Below are positions 27,286-37,816 of a stretch of DNA of 64,000 nt, piece by piece; within the stretch, counting starts at the first letter, position 1, and every line of letters begins with the position of its first letter. The position numbers and the translations under genes were made by a program. The stretch is from positions 179,496 through 243,495 of the forward strand of contig CAWEEQ010000002.1 of NCBI GenBank assembly GCA_963808235.1, written 5' to 3'. The notes beneath the pieces were generated by a model that was given only the letters and a program-made list of their open reading frames with translations, was not told the DNA's origin and ran no database searches. Source of the DNA: an uncultured delta proteobacterium. GTDB taxonomy: Bacteria; Desulfobacterota; Binatia; Binatales; Binataceae.

Positions 27286-28770
27286 TCACTTTCCGGCGCT
27301 CTCGCCGTCGGCCTTCAGGTCGGCGAGGAGATTTTGGTAGACCTGCGACTGATCGAGAATTTCGCCGGCAGCCTGCTCGAGTCGCTGAATGTCTTCGTCC
27401 GGCAGTTGCAAAGTCGTTGGTATCGCCTGGAGCGCGGCGCGCTCTGCAGGCTTGCTGATCGCTCCGAATTGGACATGAATTTCGTAGTACTTGGGAACCC
27501 GCGGGCGGAATGCGTCCGTCGCGTTAAGTGCGAGGTAACATTGCTGCTGATGATCTTGTTGACAGCTATGGCCGCTCGACCCTTGGCATAGCTCACTGGC
27601 GAGATTATCGCAGTCCGACTTTCTCGTCTGGTAATCTTCCAAGGCCTTTCGCTGCTCTTCGATAAAAAGCCGCAACGACTCGATGGTATCGAATGAGTAG
27701 TTGTCAATCGGGTTGGTGGCTGACGCCTCGAGCACGGTCGTGAACAGTGGCCGTCGCGAAGACTGATCGATCGCGCCTAGGCTCCCAGACTTGGCGTCGA
27801 CGACGATCATGACCACGCGTTCCACCTGCTTCTTATCCAGCACGTGCCAAGGCGAATCGGTGCTGCTAAGCGAGACTTCGGGCCCGCGAAGTCCGATGTT
27901 ATCAGCGATTCCGCCGTCGCTCAGATGGATGTACGGCCGCGCAGCTGAGTCTTCATATGACGTCCAGATCTCGGCACGATGGAAGCGCGTCGGATTGAGC
28001 TCGAAGTCCTGCAGGGCGCCGGTGACCAATAGCGGCCTGCTGGATCCGCACTCCCGCTGCCCGTAGTTCTTCAACGTGATCGGAGTGAACGCAACCGGGA
28101 ACGCCGATGAAGCCAACACCCCGCGAGCGACCGGAATTCCCTGAAGATCGGAACAGATAAGATCGAAATCGTCCTGGCTGAAACTGAATCCGGCTCCCGT
28201 CGTGAGGTCGGTGGCGTTGAGAATCACGTATGGACGGCGGCGGGGCATGTCGGCATAGGTACGGCCGTCGAAGATGTAATCGTTGTAGTACTTCTCTGCC
28301 AAATCGCTTCGACCGTACAGCAGCATGTCAGGCCAGTTCCACGGTGCGGCGATTCTGAGCAGAACATCACGTTCGATCTGCCGCTCCAGAACATCGCGGT
28401 GGAAGTCTTGTAGGAATTTGTCCTTGCCGAAGAGCCCCAGGTAAGCCGCGGCGAAGCTCCCTCCTGAAACCGATGAAATCACATCGACTTCATCGAGCAG
28501 CGTCGTACCGCTGCGGTCGAGTTTTACGCGGCTCATGTGCTCAGCCACGCCATAGGCCAGCGCGGCTGCCCGAGTGCCGCCGCCGGACATGGTAACGATG
28601 ATGAAGTTCTTTTCGGTGTTGTTCGCTGGTGTTTCGGTCAGGTTGCGGTAACGATATCCGCGCTTGGCAGCGAGGTCGTCTCGCGAGAGGGGCGGGTTGA
28701 CCCGATATAGCCCGCAAGCAGTGACAAAAAAGACTACGAAAACCGCGGCACTGATCGCGAGTCGCCTCAT
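27286..28770 (-). CDS. Patatin-like phospholipase lipoprotein
   Basis: Lipobox VTAC, SGGGTRAA, SSVSGGS nucleophile, LNATDL, ASSAFP, SDGG. Confidence 0.9.
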   Translation of the reverse strand: MRRLAISAAVFVVFFVTACGLYRVNPPLSRDDLAAKRGYRYRNLTETPANNTEKNFIIVTMSGGGTRAAALAYGVAEHMSRVKLDRSGTTLLDEVDVISSVSGGSFAAAYLGLFGKDKFLQDFHRDVLERQIERDVLLRIAAPWNWPDMLLYGRSDLAEKYYNDYIFDGRTYADMPRRRPYVILNATDLTTGAGFSFSQDDFDLICSDLQGIPVARGVLASSAFPVAFTPITLKNYGQRECGSSRPLLVTGALQDFELNPTRFHRAEIWTSYEDSAARPYIHLSDGGIADNIGLRGPEVSLSSTDSPWHVLDKKQVERVVMIVVDAKSGSLGAIDQSSRRPLFTTVLEASATNPIDNYSFDTIESLRLFIEEQRKALEDYQTRKSDCDNLASELCQGSSGHSCQQDHQQQCYLALNATDAFRPRVPKYYEIHVQFGAISKPAERAALQAIPTTLQLPDEDIQRLEQAAGEILDQSQVYQNLLADLKADGESAGK

Positions 28771-28988
28771 TAGACTTTGGTGAAGACAATTTTCATCGGA
28801 TTGGCCGGTATCGTCCCCGTTACCCTGCACCAGTCGGTCGCTGGCCGGTAGTTGAGCGGCTGCCCGAGATTGAAATAATGAGTGCCTTCCTCGAGTTCAA
28901 ACATTTCGTTTGTGGTCGCGACCGAGTCATCGCCGTCGTCGACGAACACGTCGCGGGCGTCTGTAAACTCAACGATGACATACTCCAT
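28770..28988 (-). CDS. Small acidic beta-rich protein coupled to the patatin gene
   Basis: MEYVIVEF...RDVFVDD...LEEGTHYFNLG; TAATG overlap. Confidence 0.65.
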   Translation of the reverse strand: MEYVIVEFTDARDVFVDDGDDSVATTNEMFELEEGTHYFNLGQPLNYRPATDWCRVTGTIPANPMKIVFTKV

Positions 28989-29486
28989 AGGTCGTCCCCC
29001 GCCGAAACGCGATTCTGCCAACGGCGCGTGCCAAAGACAATCTCCGATTCAGCGCCGCGAGTTCAGCTGCTAGTAGGCGGTCGAGCCTCCGCGGTAGCGG
29101 CTAGCCTTTGCGACCGCCAACGCGGACCTACCTCGCTGGCCCTCGAAGTCCTTCCTGAATCGTATCCGCTCAACTTGACCCGCAGTCAGTCCACATCGTC
29201 TTGCTATCTCATCGTAAGAGATTCAAGCAGCGTTTGATTTCTCAGGCGGCGGCGATTGGGCTTAGTGCTCGTTCGGCGCTGTGGGCCGCCGTTGTCGAGC
29301 GTAGTCGAAGCGCCATGCGTCGACGGTCGTCGCGTGTTTCGAATCCCGATCGGCTGAGTCCCAAGCCGCGAATCAGTCTAGTTCATCGAATAGCTTCTCC
29401 GCTCGCGGCTCAAACTCGCCCTATCGACGGTTCGGTCGCGTCCACAGTGCCGCCGTAGGGTATCGATCGTAAACTGGCTCGACCCT

Positions 29487-31766
29487 TCATGCCTTGCTCT
29501 TCCAGGCTGAATTGTCCTGCAGTATTTGAAGCCCCGTTTTGGTGACGTCGGTTCCGAATCCCCACGCCGCTAGCTTCAAATAGTCCTCGGCCGATCCAAA
29601 TGTCGCATTGCTGAAATAAGAGATCCCCAGGCCGGTTCCTATGGCAACCACGATTGCTATGCCAAGGGACACTACCTCCATAGTTTCGAATCCCTGCGAA
29701 ATCGCGAATAGGGACGAAGGGCCGATTCCGCAGGCTTCGCCCGAAGCTTCTTTGAGAGCCTCATCGCGCCAGTGAATCCGTACGCTGGCCGTCATGCTTC
29801 CCGACAGAGGTGAGTATTGAACAACCCTAGGCTCTTGGGAAACCGGACGAAAAACGAGACGCTCACGGTTCTTTTTGTCTTTGAGAGTGAAGGTCCATTC
29901 ATAGCGAAGCCCATGTTGGAACAGGTACGTGGCGTCCAGTAGATCGTCGCCCGGAGACACCTTGAACGTGATTGGCTGATACGCTTCCAGTCCCTCAGTC
30001 TGGGAAGTTTTGACGCTAATGTGATTGCCATTGCTCTGCTTACCCAGCCGGTTCCATACTGCAGCATCAGCTGCCTTGAAAAGCGCTTCGTGATCTTTCG
30101 CACTCCTGTCTATCTCGACTAATTTCTTAAACTCCTCGGGAATCGAGCGGCGTTCCCAGAGAATCTTCAGGCGCGCGTATTTCGATTCGACCCCTTGGAT
30201 TCCATTCAGGTCGGATGGAGTGGTAGCGATCCCGTCCTGAACCTCCTTTTGAAGCGCCGCTATCCACTCACGATCTTTGCCTTCGGGAATCGCCTCGGGT
30301 CTCACTTGGCCAAGGAGCGGGCGGACCCATGATAAGAGTTCGGCCCAGTAGGCTGCATCTAGCGAATTTGGCAGGAGCCACGTGCGAAGCGCTGCGATGT
30401 TGGTCTTGGCGTTCAAGATAGTCTGATCGTCCAGAGCGTCGTATTGCAAGCTTTCGGTAGTCCTTCGCAAGACTGCCAAAGCTCTCACCTGAAAGAGCGA
30501 ACCATACGGAGCCGCCGTTATCTCGTCGCGCACCTGGCGCACTTGGTTAAGTATGTCGACCAGCTTGGTCACTGCTGTCAGTCGCTTATCGAGAACGTCC
30601 GGGCCCGAAAGCCACCAACTGTGGCTTAGATCGCGCACCTGCCGTAAAAGCGCACGAGCGAATATAACGGGAAAGATCGGGGGTTCGGCATTGAGCCAGC
30701 CCGCGCCCACTTCATCGGCGCGCTGCCGAAGTCCGAGGCCTTTGCGACGGAAATCAACGAGCTTGATTCCGAAAAACGACAGCAGCAAAGCGCCCAATAG
30801 CATTGAGGTCGCCCACACCCAAGAAGAGCGGACCTTCACTGTCAAGCTAAACTTCTGTGAAGCATCGTCAAAAGTCGAATTCTTTGCCCGAAATCTAAGA
30901 ACGACGCTGTATTCGCCGGCCTGAAGATTGAGCAGGCGCACTTGCACGGTCGCATGTTCGCCGGCCGCGATATCTGATTCGTCAGGCTTTTGTGCGTTGA
31001 CCGCCTTCAGCTCCTGGGCGAAGCCGTCCATATCCTTCGAACCGTTAAACAGCAGTTCCGCGTTGCGTTGAGGATCGAACTCTCCTTTCGGTGCCTTGAG
31101 AATCTGCTCGACCTCTGCGTAGATTTGCTGCAACGCCCACTGTCCGCTCTTGTCGCGAAGAGTGAGCATCAGCGAAGGAGCAGCTTCCCAGGGAAGAAGA
31201 ACTCCCGGCAGCAGTGGTTTGGTGACTTCGAGCACCGCAGCCTGTGGCACCACAACGAGTGTCGCGGGCTGGGGGGCAGTGGCACGAGTCAGCGCGACAT
31301 CCAGTGTTAGTAGAACCCGAGTCGCGGTCGAAAAGAACAGCTTGCCGCTATATTTCCCCGGGTCTGAGAGCGCAGGAACGACCAATTTAATCGGAAGTAT
31401 CGGCCTGTTTACCACTATGCCGTTTAAAGGCGGAGAATTATCGGGCCGCTTAGTGTCGCTAGCAATCCCGAATTTTAGATCTTTGAGGATGTCACCGTGC
31501 TCACCCATAAAAGGTGAAGCGGACAAGTCGACCGTAAGCGGAATGTTGGCTGGTCCTTTACGTATCAAATTGATGACCAGGCTTCCCCCCTCCTGTGGGA
31601 CCGTCAATTGGACCTGCGATCCCGTCGCTGCCAGTTCGAGAGTCACCTGATCAGGCTGAGCAATCACGGGCCCGTCCGCGGACAAAACAGAAGCGCAAAA
31701 TGCAAGCGCAATGAGCAGGAGGATTGTGGTCACGGCAGATTTCCGCAGGACGCCGTGCGAAGTCAT
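29487..31766 (-). CDS. Large hypothetical membrane protein
   Basis: Signal peptide, beta-sandwich-like exported region, one TM, helical region, C-terminal TM hairpin. Confidence 0.75.
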   Translation of the reverse strand: MTSHGVLRKSAVTTILLLIALAFCASVLSADGPVIAQPDQVTLELAATGSQVQLTVPQEGGSLVINLIRKGPANIPLTVDLSASPFMGEHGDILKDLKFGIASDTKRPDNSPPLNGIVVNRPILPIKLVVPALSDPGKYSGKLFFSTATRVLLTLDVALTRATAPQPATLVVVPQAAVLEVTKPLLPGVLLPWEAAPSLMLTLRDKSGQWALQQIYAEVEQILKAPKGEFDPQRNAELLFNGSKDMDGFAQELKAVNAQKPDESDIAAGEHATVQVRLLNLQAGEYSVVLRFRAKNSTFDDASQKFSLTVKVRSSWVWATSMLLGALLLSFFGIKLVDFRRKGLGLRQRADEVGAGWLNAEPPIFPVIFARALLRQVRDLSHSWWLSGPDVLDKRLTAVTKLVDILNQVRQVRDEITAAPYGSLFQVRALAVLRRTTESLQYDALDDQTILNAKTNIAALRTWLLPNSLDAAYWAELLSWVRPLLGQVRPEAIPEGKDREWIAALQKEVQDGIATTPSDLNGIQGVESKYARLKILWERRSIPEEFKKLVEIDRSAKDHEALFKAADAAVWNRLGKQSNGNHISVKTSQTEGLEAYQPITFKVSPGDDLLDATYLFQHGLRYEWTFTLKDKKNRERLVFRPVSQEPRVVQYSPLSGSMTASVRIHWRDEALKEASGEACGIGPSSLFAISQGFETMEVVSLGIAIVVAIGTGLGISYFSNATFGSAEDYLKLAAWGFGTDVTKTGLQILQDNSAWKSKA

Positions 31767-32011
31767 ATGGATCCGAAAGTCGAGTTGAAACACGTTCTTC
31801 CCTTGTGAACGAGTGCGCTACTTTACCCCAGCAGCGCGCGGTTTCCAGACGTACGACGAGATCAACAGCGCCGTCATCTGATTCCTGGTCCGACAGGCGT
31901 CCATCGGGTATTCGATGACTTTCCTCACCAGAACAGGGTCGTCTGAGCCAGGCCGCTAAGTCGGAAATTGCGAACGGTCGCTCGAGTTAACTGTTCGGTG
32001 CGGTTTTCGGT

Positions 32012-32434
32012 TCAAGTATTCGCCGATCGAGCGGCTTTAGCCGCGGCACCTAAAAAATCGGAAAGCGCCTTGGCAGTTTGGTCGCGTTTGACATAAACGC
32101 TGACGTTGCTCAAATCCTGAGCAATCCTAAAGACGTCACTCTGCGAAGGTGCATTGACCATCACAGATGCCGCCAAGTCGTGGGCGGCCGCCAAACTACC
32201 GCTCGCGTCCTGGAGTGCTTTTGCGGCCAGGCTCAATTCTTCGGATAGGCTGATAGAAAATACCCACTTTCGAGTAAGTTTGAAGATGTCGTCGATAGTT
32301 GCAGGCGGACTGACTCCGGCGAGGGGCAGGTGTGTAACATTGCCTGCGGGGTCGAGAAGTGACCCATTCGTGTCCTGCAGCAGCAGGTATATATATCCGC
32401 GCAGAACATTCCACTGCCAATCGGTTAGAGCCAT
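32012..32434 (-). CDS. Hypothetical helical protein
   Basis: GAGG RBS; co-oriented with the lipoprotein genes. Confidence 0.6.
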   Translation of the reverse strand: MALTDWQWNVLRGYIYLLLQDTNGSLLDPAGNVTHLPLAGVSPPATIDDIFKLTRKWVFSISLSEELSLAAKALQDASGSLAAAHDLAASVMVNAPSQSDVFRIAQDLSNVSVYVKRDQTAKALSDFLGAAAKAARSANT

Positions 32435-32463
32435 TTTCAACTATACCTCGACGGGGTTTGCGA

Positions 32464-33048
32464 TCACTTCTTCTGACTCTTGTCGCTTTGAATCTCGTCG
32501 CGCACACCTTTCCCCAGTTCAAAAAGGGCTTTGAGTTGATCCGTACTGCCGGGCTCGGTTGAAAGCGAAAGCATTTGAGAACGTACTATTTCAAGATTAT
32601 TTGACTGATCCTGAATTTTTACCAAACCCTGCGTCAAATCGGCGTGTAACTTAGCTTGGCGTGTTAGCATGCTCTTTCTTAGATCGGCCTCATATTTGAT
32701 CCCGTTGTCGATATAAGTAATAGAGTCGGTGACGATGGCTTTGTCCCCGGCGTTAATCATCTTGTCCGCTAAGAGTACGGCCTCACGCTGTTGCGTCACG
32801 ACCAAATCGTTGTAGTACAGACTTTCATCTGCGGGTATCTCAGGATTACAGTCAGGACACCCGAATAAACGGTCCTCAATATTAGCCTCCTGGGTCGAGT
32901 AAAAAGCGTTTTCGGCTTGTATTTTGTTGTCGACGTCCGTTTTGTACGCATCGACGGTCTTCATCGTATCAGCGGCGAGCTGACGAGAAGCGGCGTCGCC
33001 GCATCCCACAAATACGAGACACCACGCCAATAGAAAGAGCCGTCTCAT
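32464..33048 (-). CDS. Coiled-coil lipoprotein
   Basis: Lipobox FVGC; helical heptad-like composition. Confidence 0.75.
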   Translation of the reverse strand: MRRLFLLAWCLVFVGCGDAASRQLAADTMKTVDAYKTDVDNKIQAENAFYSTQEANIEDRLFGCPDCNPEIPADESLYYNDLVVTQQREAVLLADKMINAGDKAIVTDSITYIDNGIKYEADLRKSMLTRQAKLHADLTQGLVKIQDQSNNLEIVRSQMLSLSTEPGSTDQLKALFELGKGVRDEIQSDKSQKK

Positions 33049-33105
33049 AAGCTATTTCCCATCTGAAGTCTAAATCGCCTCATCTTTCCATGGATTTTCG
33101 GTCTT

Positions 33106-34398
33106 CTAGTGGACTCTGCCGGCGAGAACTCCGACGCCAACTGCCTGTGCGAAACTTATGACATTGGCGATTTCCTGGGATGTTAGGCCGCCTTCGTGGT
33201 AAGCAACTAGCCCGTTGATCCCGCTGTGAACGACTACTTGGTACTGCTGATCGTTTATCTGGGAATCAGTTATTGACTTCAGATGACTCAGCCGAGCGAC
33301 AGACAGAGGAAGGAATGTCGCTACCCGTTGAACGATACCCTCGGCGACTGCCTCCTTTCGCACTTCTATCAAATCGGCACTCACTTGTTCGAGATCTTTG
33401 TCCTGGATGTCTTGCCGAATCTGGTCGGTGACAACGGTATTCTCGGCGATCACTGGATTTCCGGTCAGAAGCTTCTGTGCGGTAGCGAGTTCCGCGTCGG
33501 CTTGAACGAGTACGTTCCTGACGGCACGTGACTGAGCCAGTTGCGCCTGCGCCGCAGCCTGTTTTAGCTTGAGGAGGCCCAGTCCGAGGTTTACTATTTC
33601 AAGATCCACACCCGGTGCATCCGGGAGTGCCGTCATGACAGAACTGGGTGACTCGACCACCTGTTTGGCGTCTGTGATCAAAACGTCGCCGACAGTCGTA
33701 GTCTGCTTCTTTCCTTCAGAGTCGACGTAATCAAGCGGCTGATCTTTGAGAGTTTTGGCGGCGTTTCCAAAGGCTGCGAGGCTTTCAACCTTGCTCACTT
33801 TTTGGTTCGTATCGGGAAGTTGTTGAATTACCAGGTGCATCAGCGCTACGTCCTCGTTCCATTTGTCGACCTCACCCTTGAGCTGGTCGCTCTTTGCCTG
33901 CTCTGTGGCGATGGCCGTCTTGAGGTCTTGTGGTGTTGATTGTCCCTGAACCTTTTGAATGTCTGCTTTCAATCGAGTGATGACAGCGTCGTTGCAGTAG
34001 GGCCAAAAATTGCTGCTGACCGGAGGACCGCCCGTAAATCGCGCGACGCATTCTGCGGTTTTGTTCTGTCGGGTCGCCAAGTAGCCCCCCGTCATGATGG
34101 TTGCGTCGGCGGTGACCAGCGTTTCTGTAGTGTTCGAAGTAAAATCCAGAAGAAGTGACTCTTCCTCGCTCTTAAATCTCTCGACATTCGCGCTCATGGC
34201 TTCATACATGGTCGGAGCATTCTTGCTGTAAGTGTCCATCGCGTCTCGCGCCTTTCGCGCGGACGTTGCTCGGGCCTCGTCATGTATGTGTGAAGGGATA
34301 GGAAGTGAGACAACCCCGCAACCGAGTTGTACAAACAGCAACAACGCTGCGAGGCCTGCTTCCCTTAGTCTCGCGATATTAGGGTTCGCATATTTCAT
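33106..34398 (-). CDS. Long coiled-coil lipoprotein with a hydrophobic C-terminus
   Basis: Lipobox QLGC; ends YHEGGLTSQEIANVISFAQAVGVGVLAGRVH. Confidence 0.75.
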   Translation of the reverse strand: MKYANPNIARLREAGLAALLLFVQLGCGVVSLPIPSHIHDEARATSARKARDAMDTYSKNAPTMYEAMSANVERFKSEEESLLLDFTSNTTETLVTADATIMTGGYLATRQNKTAECVARFTGGPPVSSNFWPYCNDAVITRLKADIQKVQGQSTPQDLKTAIATEQAKSDQLKGEVDKWNEDVALMHLVIQQLPDTNQKVSKVESLAAFGNAAKTLKDQPLDYVDSEGKKQTTTVGDVLITDAKQVVESPSSVMTALPDAPGVDLEIVNLGLGLLKLKQAAAQAQLAQSRAVRNVLVQADAELATAQKLLTGNPVIAENTVVTDQIRQDIQDKDLEQVSADLIEVRKEAVAEGIVQRVATFLPLSVARLSHLKSITDSQINDQQYQVVVHSGINGLVAYHEGGLTSQEIANVISFAQAVGVGVLAGRVH

Positions 34399-34908
34399 AA
34401 TCGAAATGGTTCCCCACTGAGTCGCTGGGAGAGGATCCCATTTCCTCGACGGCCTGCTTCTTATAGCTGTGTGCCAGGCGAGTGTCAAATTGTGAACAGG
34501 CTATCCGGCGTTGTTGTTGTCAGCTTATAGACAGGCCGTGGACACTGTTCTTATTGGCCATGAACTCGATGTTGACACAAGGCTGAAAAAGTAGGACATC
34601 GATAAGACTAAGGAATTCGTACCCCTTCGTGCTCCCACGCCAGGATGGCTCGCGCGGGGAATGATGCTCGTGACAGGCGGTCTGGCCGGCGCTAGGTCCG
34701 GCACGGGTCACCCATCAGCCGCGCGGCGTCCTCGGGTTCTGCACGAATGTTATCGTCAACATTCCCCTTGGGTAGGACCGGCGCGGTAGGACAATCACAC
34801 TTCGCCTTCTTCTGTGTAACCTCGTCGCGTCTGAATGTGAAACCGCGTTTGGGTTTGTCCAAAATCTAACCTCGGACAAGGAGAGGCTAGGACCCGACTT
34901 CGCGCTGC

Positions 34909-36069
34909 CTAGACTACTGTGCGGAAGGCCAGGGCCGGGGGCAGACGGACTGCTGCGAGGATTGGGGCTATGCCGCTCATCAGACTTACGACCAGTGCGG
35001 CTATAAGTGCATTGAGTGTTTGAGCGGGAGTTACCCATAGGGCGCCGTTTCCACCTAACGCGGCACCTAACGTGATGCCGCCGGAGAACATCCACAGCGC
35101 TGGCACCGCACCTATGACGCCGCCCAAGAGTCCTATCATCCCGCATTCGCCGAATAGTAGTAAAGCTATGACGCCACGGCTGAAACCTAGCGCGCGCATC
35201 ACGGCTACGTCGCTGATTTGTTCGCGGACCATCATGACCGTCGAGTTAGCGGCTATGAGTAGGACGGTCAGCAGCACTACGAGACATAGCGCGAACACGA
35301 TCGCGCGGATGTTGCCGATCGCTGAGAGCCCCGACGCGAGTGCATCGCTCTCGGTCATGGTGCGCGTTTCAGCATCCGAATTGGCGAAGTGCTCGTCGAT
35401 CTGCCTGGCGAGCGTGGCCATCGCGTCGTTGCTGGTGGCGCGCACTATTATGTTCCACGCGTAGTCTTCATCGCGCAGCCCGTGCGCCTTTCGCGCCGCC
35501 ATCATGTAGTCGCGGCGCATGAGAAAGGTATTGGGATAGCGCTTGGACCTCATCGTGCCCGTGATGAGGAAGGTCATCTCCATATGGTCGGAATCGGTAG
35601 AGCGCAGCGTTACCGAGTCGCCGACCTTCCAGCCGTGCTTGCGCATGAGGATTTCGCCGACAACGGCGGACCGCTTTTCTCTGAAAGTCGCGGCGCGCTG
35701 CTGGGCGGTCAACGCGTAGTCGGGAAATACGTCGCCTACCTCCGGGCCGGCGCCGACGGCAAAGACCGGATCGCTGACATCGCGCCACGTCGCGGGCCAT
35801 CCTGTTATCGCGACGCATGCGGCGACGCCAGGCATTTTGTTGATGTCATCGCAGTAGCGCGCCGGCAGATCCTCCCACGGCGCGGTCTTGTTGTTGATGA
35901 TGAGACGGAGCGTGCCGGACGCGTCTTTGACGACCCGATCCATCGAGGCTGGTACCGAAACCAGCACCGTGTAGATGAAGGTGGCTAGTGCGATGGTGAG
36001 GATAGTCAGAATCGTGCGGCGCAGATTCCGGCGCATGTTGCGTTCGATCAATTTTATCCAATTGAACAC
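34909..36069 (-). CDS. MacB/FtsX-type ABC permease
   Basis: RNLRRTILT, VREQISDVAVMRALGFS. Confidence 0.9.
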   Translation of the reverse strand: MFNWIKLIERNMRRNLRRTILTILTIALATFIYTVLVSVPASMDRVVKDASGTLRLIINNKTAPWEDLPARYCDDINKMPGVAACVAITGWPATWRDVSDPVFAVGAGPEVGDVFPDYALTAQQRAATFREKRSAVVGEILMRKHGWKVGDSVTLRSTDSDHMEMTFLITGTMRSKRYPNTFLMRRDYMMAARKAHGLRDEDYAWNIIVRATSNDAMATLARQIDEHFANSDAETRTMTESDALASGLSAIGNIRAIVFALCLVVLLTVLLIAANSTVMMVREQISDVAVMRALGFSRGVIALLLFGECGMIGLLGGVIGAVPALWMFSGGITLGAALGGNGALWVTPAQTLNALIAALVVSLMSGIAPILAAVRLPPALAFRTVV

Positions 36070-36081
36070 GATGGCTCCTGT

Positions 36082-37245
36082 TCAGACCGAGCGCAGCGAT
36101 TCGACCAGTCGAATGCGCGAGGCGCGCCACGCCGGCAGGAATCCGCCGAGCGCGCCGATTAAGATTGCGGCGACCAGTCCCGATACGAACGCGCCCACCG
36201 TCAGCCGAAACCTGAAGATGAATTCGCCGACGTTCATGAGCTGGCTGTCGAGGCCGGTCGAATACGCGACCAGCAACCCGAGAATCTCACCCAGTATGCC
36301 GCCGGCCAGCGCGAGCACGATGCTCTCGATGACGAAACTCGTGAGCACATTGAAGCGGCTGAAACCCAGCACCCGCAGCACGCCGATTTCACTCGTGCGG
36401 CGCGCGACCGCCGAATACATCGTGTTCATCGCGCCGAACACCGAGCCGACGGCGAGAATCATCGCGACGATCAGGCCGAGCGCGCGCAACTGATCGACGA
36501 AGCCGGTCTGCCTAGCGTAAAAATCCCGCTCCGACATCGTATCCAGCTTGACCCGCGAATCGGTAGTCAGCGACTTGGCGAAGTCGTCATGCGTGCCGGG
36601 CTTGAGCACGACGTGCAGCACCGCGAAGCCGTTGGCGAAGTGAACGTCCTGAGTCAGGATGCCGAGATCGGTAAGGACTTCGGATTCACGCGCGCTGTCC
36701 TGATCGGAAAAGATGCCGACGATTCTGAATGTGCTCGGTCCGAATTTGAAATCGCTGCCGACGGCGAGGTTGGGGAACCGCGCGGCGAGCTTGCGCCCTA
36801 CTACCATCTCGGACGTGCCGCGAGCCGGCCAACGTCCGCTTACCAGGCGCATGGCGCCGTGAACCTGGTACGCGATTGGATAGACGCCGCGCAGCATCGT
36901 GAAGAGCGATTGCGACGGCGGCGCGTCGGGTTTCGCCTCGAAGCCGGTGATCATTTCCGGCGAGATGAGCGCCTGGCCGTCGGCAGTCGTCGCGATCTGC
37001 GGACGGCTTTTGACGATCTCGTACTGCTCGTGCGAGATGAAGCTGTTGCCTTCGTCGGTGGTGCCGCGGCTCAGCACGATCCAGTTGTCGGGGAGCGCGT
37101 TTTGCGTCACGGTCGCGCGCAGTCCGGCGACGAAGCCTGACAAGATGAACAGCAACATCACGACCAGCGCGACGACCGACGCCGTCATCGCGGCGGTGGT
37201 GCGTCGGGCCATCAGGCTGCGCAGGTTGTAGCGGATCGGGATCAA
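36082..37245 (-). CDS. MacB/FtsX-type ABC permease
   Basis: YNLRSLMARR, GAMNTMYSAVARRTSEIGVLRVLGFS. Confidence 0.9.
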   Translation of the reverse strand: MIPIRYNLRSLMARRTTAAMTASVVALVVMLLFILSGFVAGLRATVTQNALPDNWIVLSRGTTDEGNSFISHEQYEIVKSRPQIATTADGQALISPEMITGFEAKPDAPPSQSLFTMLRGVYPIAYQVHGAMRLVSGRWPARGTSEMVVGRKLAARFPNLAVGSDFKFGPSTFRIVGIFSDQDSARESEVLTDLGILTQDVHFANGFAVLHVVLKPGTHDDFAKSLTTDSRVKLDTMSERDFYARQTGFVDQLRALGLIVAMILAVGSVFGAMNTMYSAVARRTSEIGVLRVLGFSRFNVLTSFVIESIVLALAGGILGEILGLLVAYSTGLDSQLMNVGEFIFRFRLTVGAFVSGLVAAILIGALGGFLPAWRASRIRLVESLRSV

Positions 37246-37526
37246 TCTACCCTCCCGGGAAAATCGTTACGGGTAAACAAGGACGTTTGCGCGAGTTGGA
37301 AAGTGATGGAGTGTAGACGTTCGGCGCGCGCGATCCTAGAGGATGGCGCAGTTTAGAGACTGCGCCCAAGAGTCACGCTTGGCGCTGGCCCGGCTCCGAT
37401 ACTAAGCTCTAAAAGAAACGGAGGCGGAGCGATGGCCGGGGAAAAGAAGTCAGATGCGCAGCGAATTCGCGCGAATCTCAAGCATCCGGGATTGTAGTCC
37501 GCGTCCTTCGCCGGGATCAAATTTTG

Positions 37527-37692
37527 CGAACCGGGAGGCAAATCGCGCCGCGATAGGTTTCGCCAGATTCGGCCAATTCTGCGCGACAAGAGAGATTCTC
37601 CGGGTCCGCACATGTGCGCAAATCGCGCGCACACGAGCCGATTTCGATCGATTCTCCGAGACGTCCGATAACCGAGGGACTGAATGGTGGAT
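37527..37692 (-). repeat. Repeat R5 (inverted)
   Basis: Minus strand TCCACCATTCAGTCCCTCG...GCGCACATGTGCGGACCCGGAGAATCTCTCTTGTCGCGCAGAATTGGCCGAATCTGGCGAAACCTATCGCGGCGCGATTTG; core matches R2 almost exactly. Confidence 0.88.
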
Positions 37693-37720
37693 GACCCAGT
37701 CCGATGCGTACTGCTCTCCC

Positions 37721-37790
37721 TGTCAACCTGTCAACCGGTTGACACCCATACGGCGGTTGACAAGCGGCGGTTGACGCCTTGGAGGTTGAC
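37721..37790. repeat. Six GGTTGAC motifs (2 inverted, 4 direct)
   Basis: Includes the perfect palindrome TGTCAACCGGTTGACA at 37729-37744. Confidence 0.75.
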
Positions 37791-37816
37791 GCGCGGACAC
37801 CAAGCCTCAAACGCTG

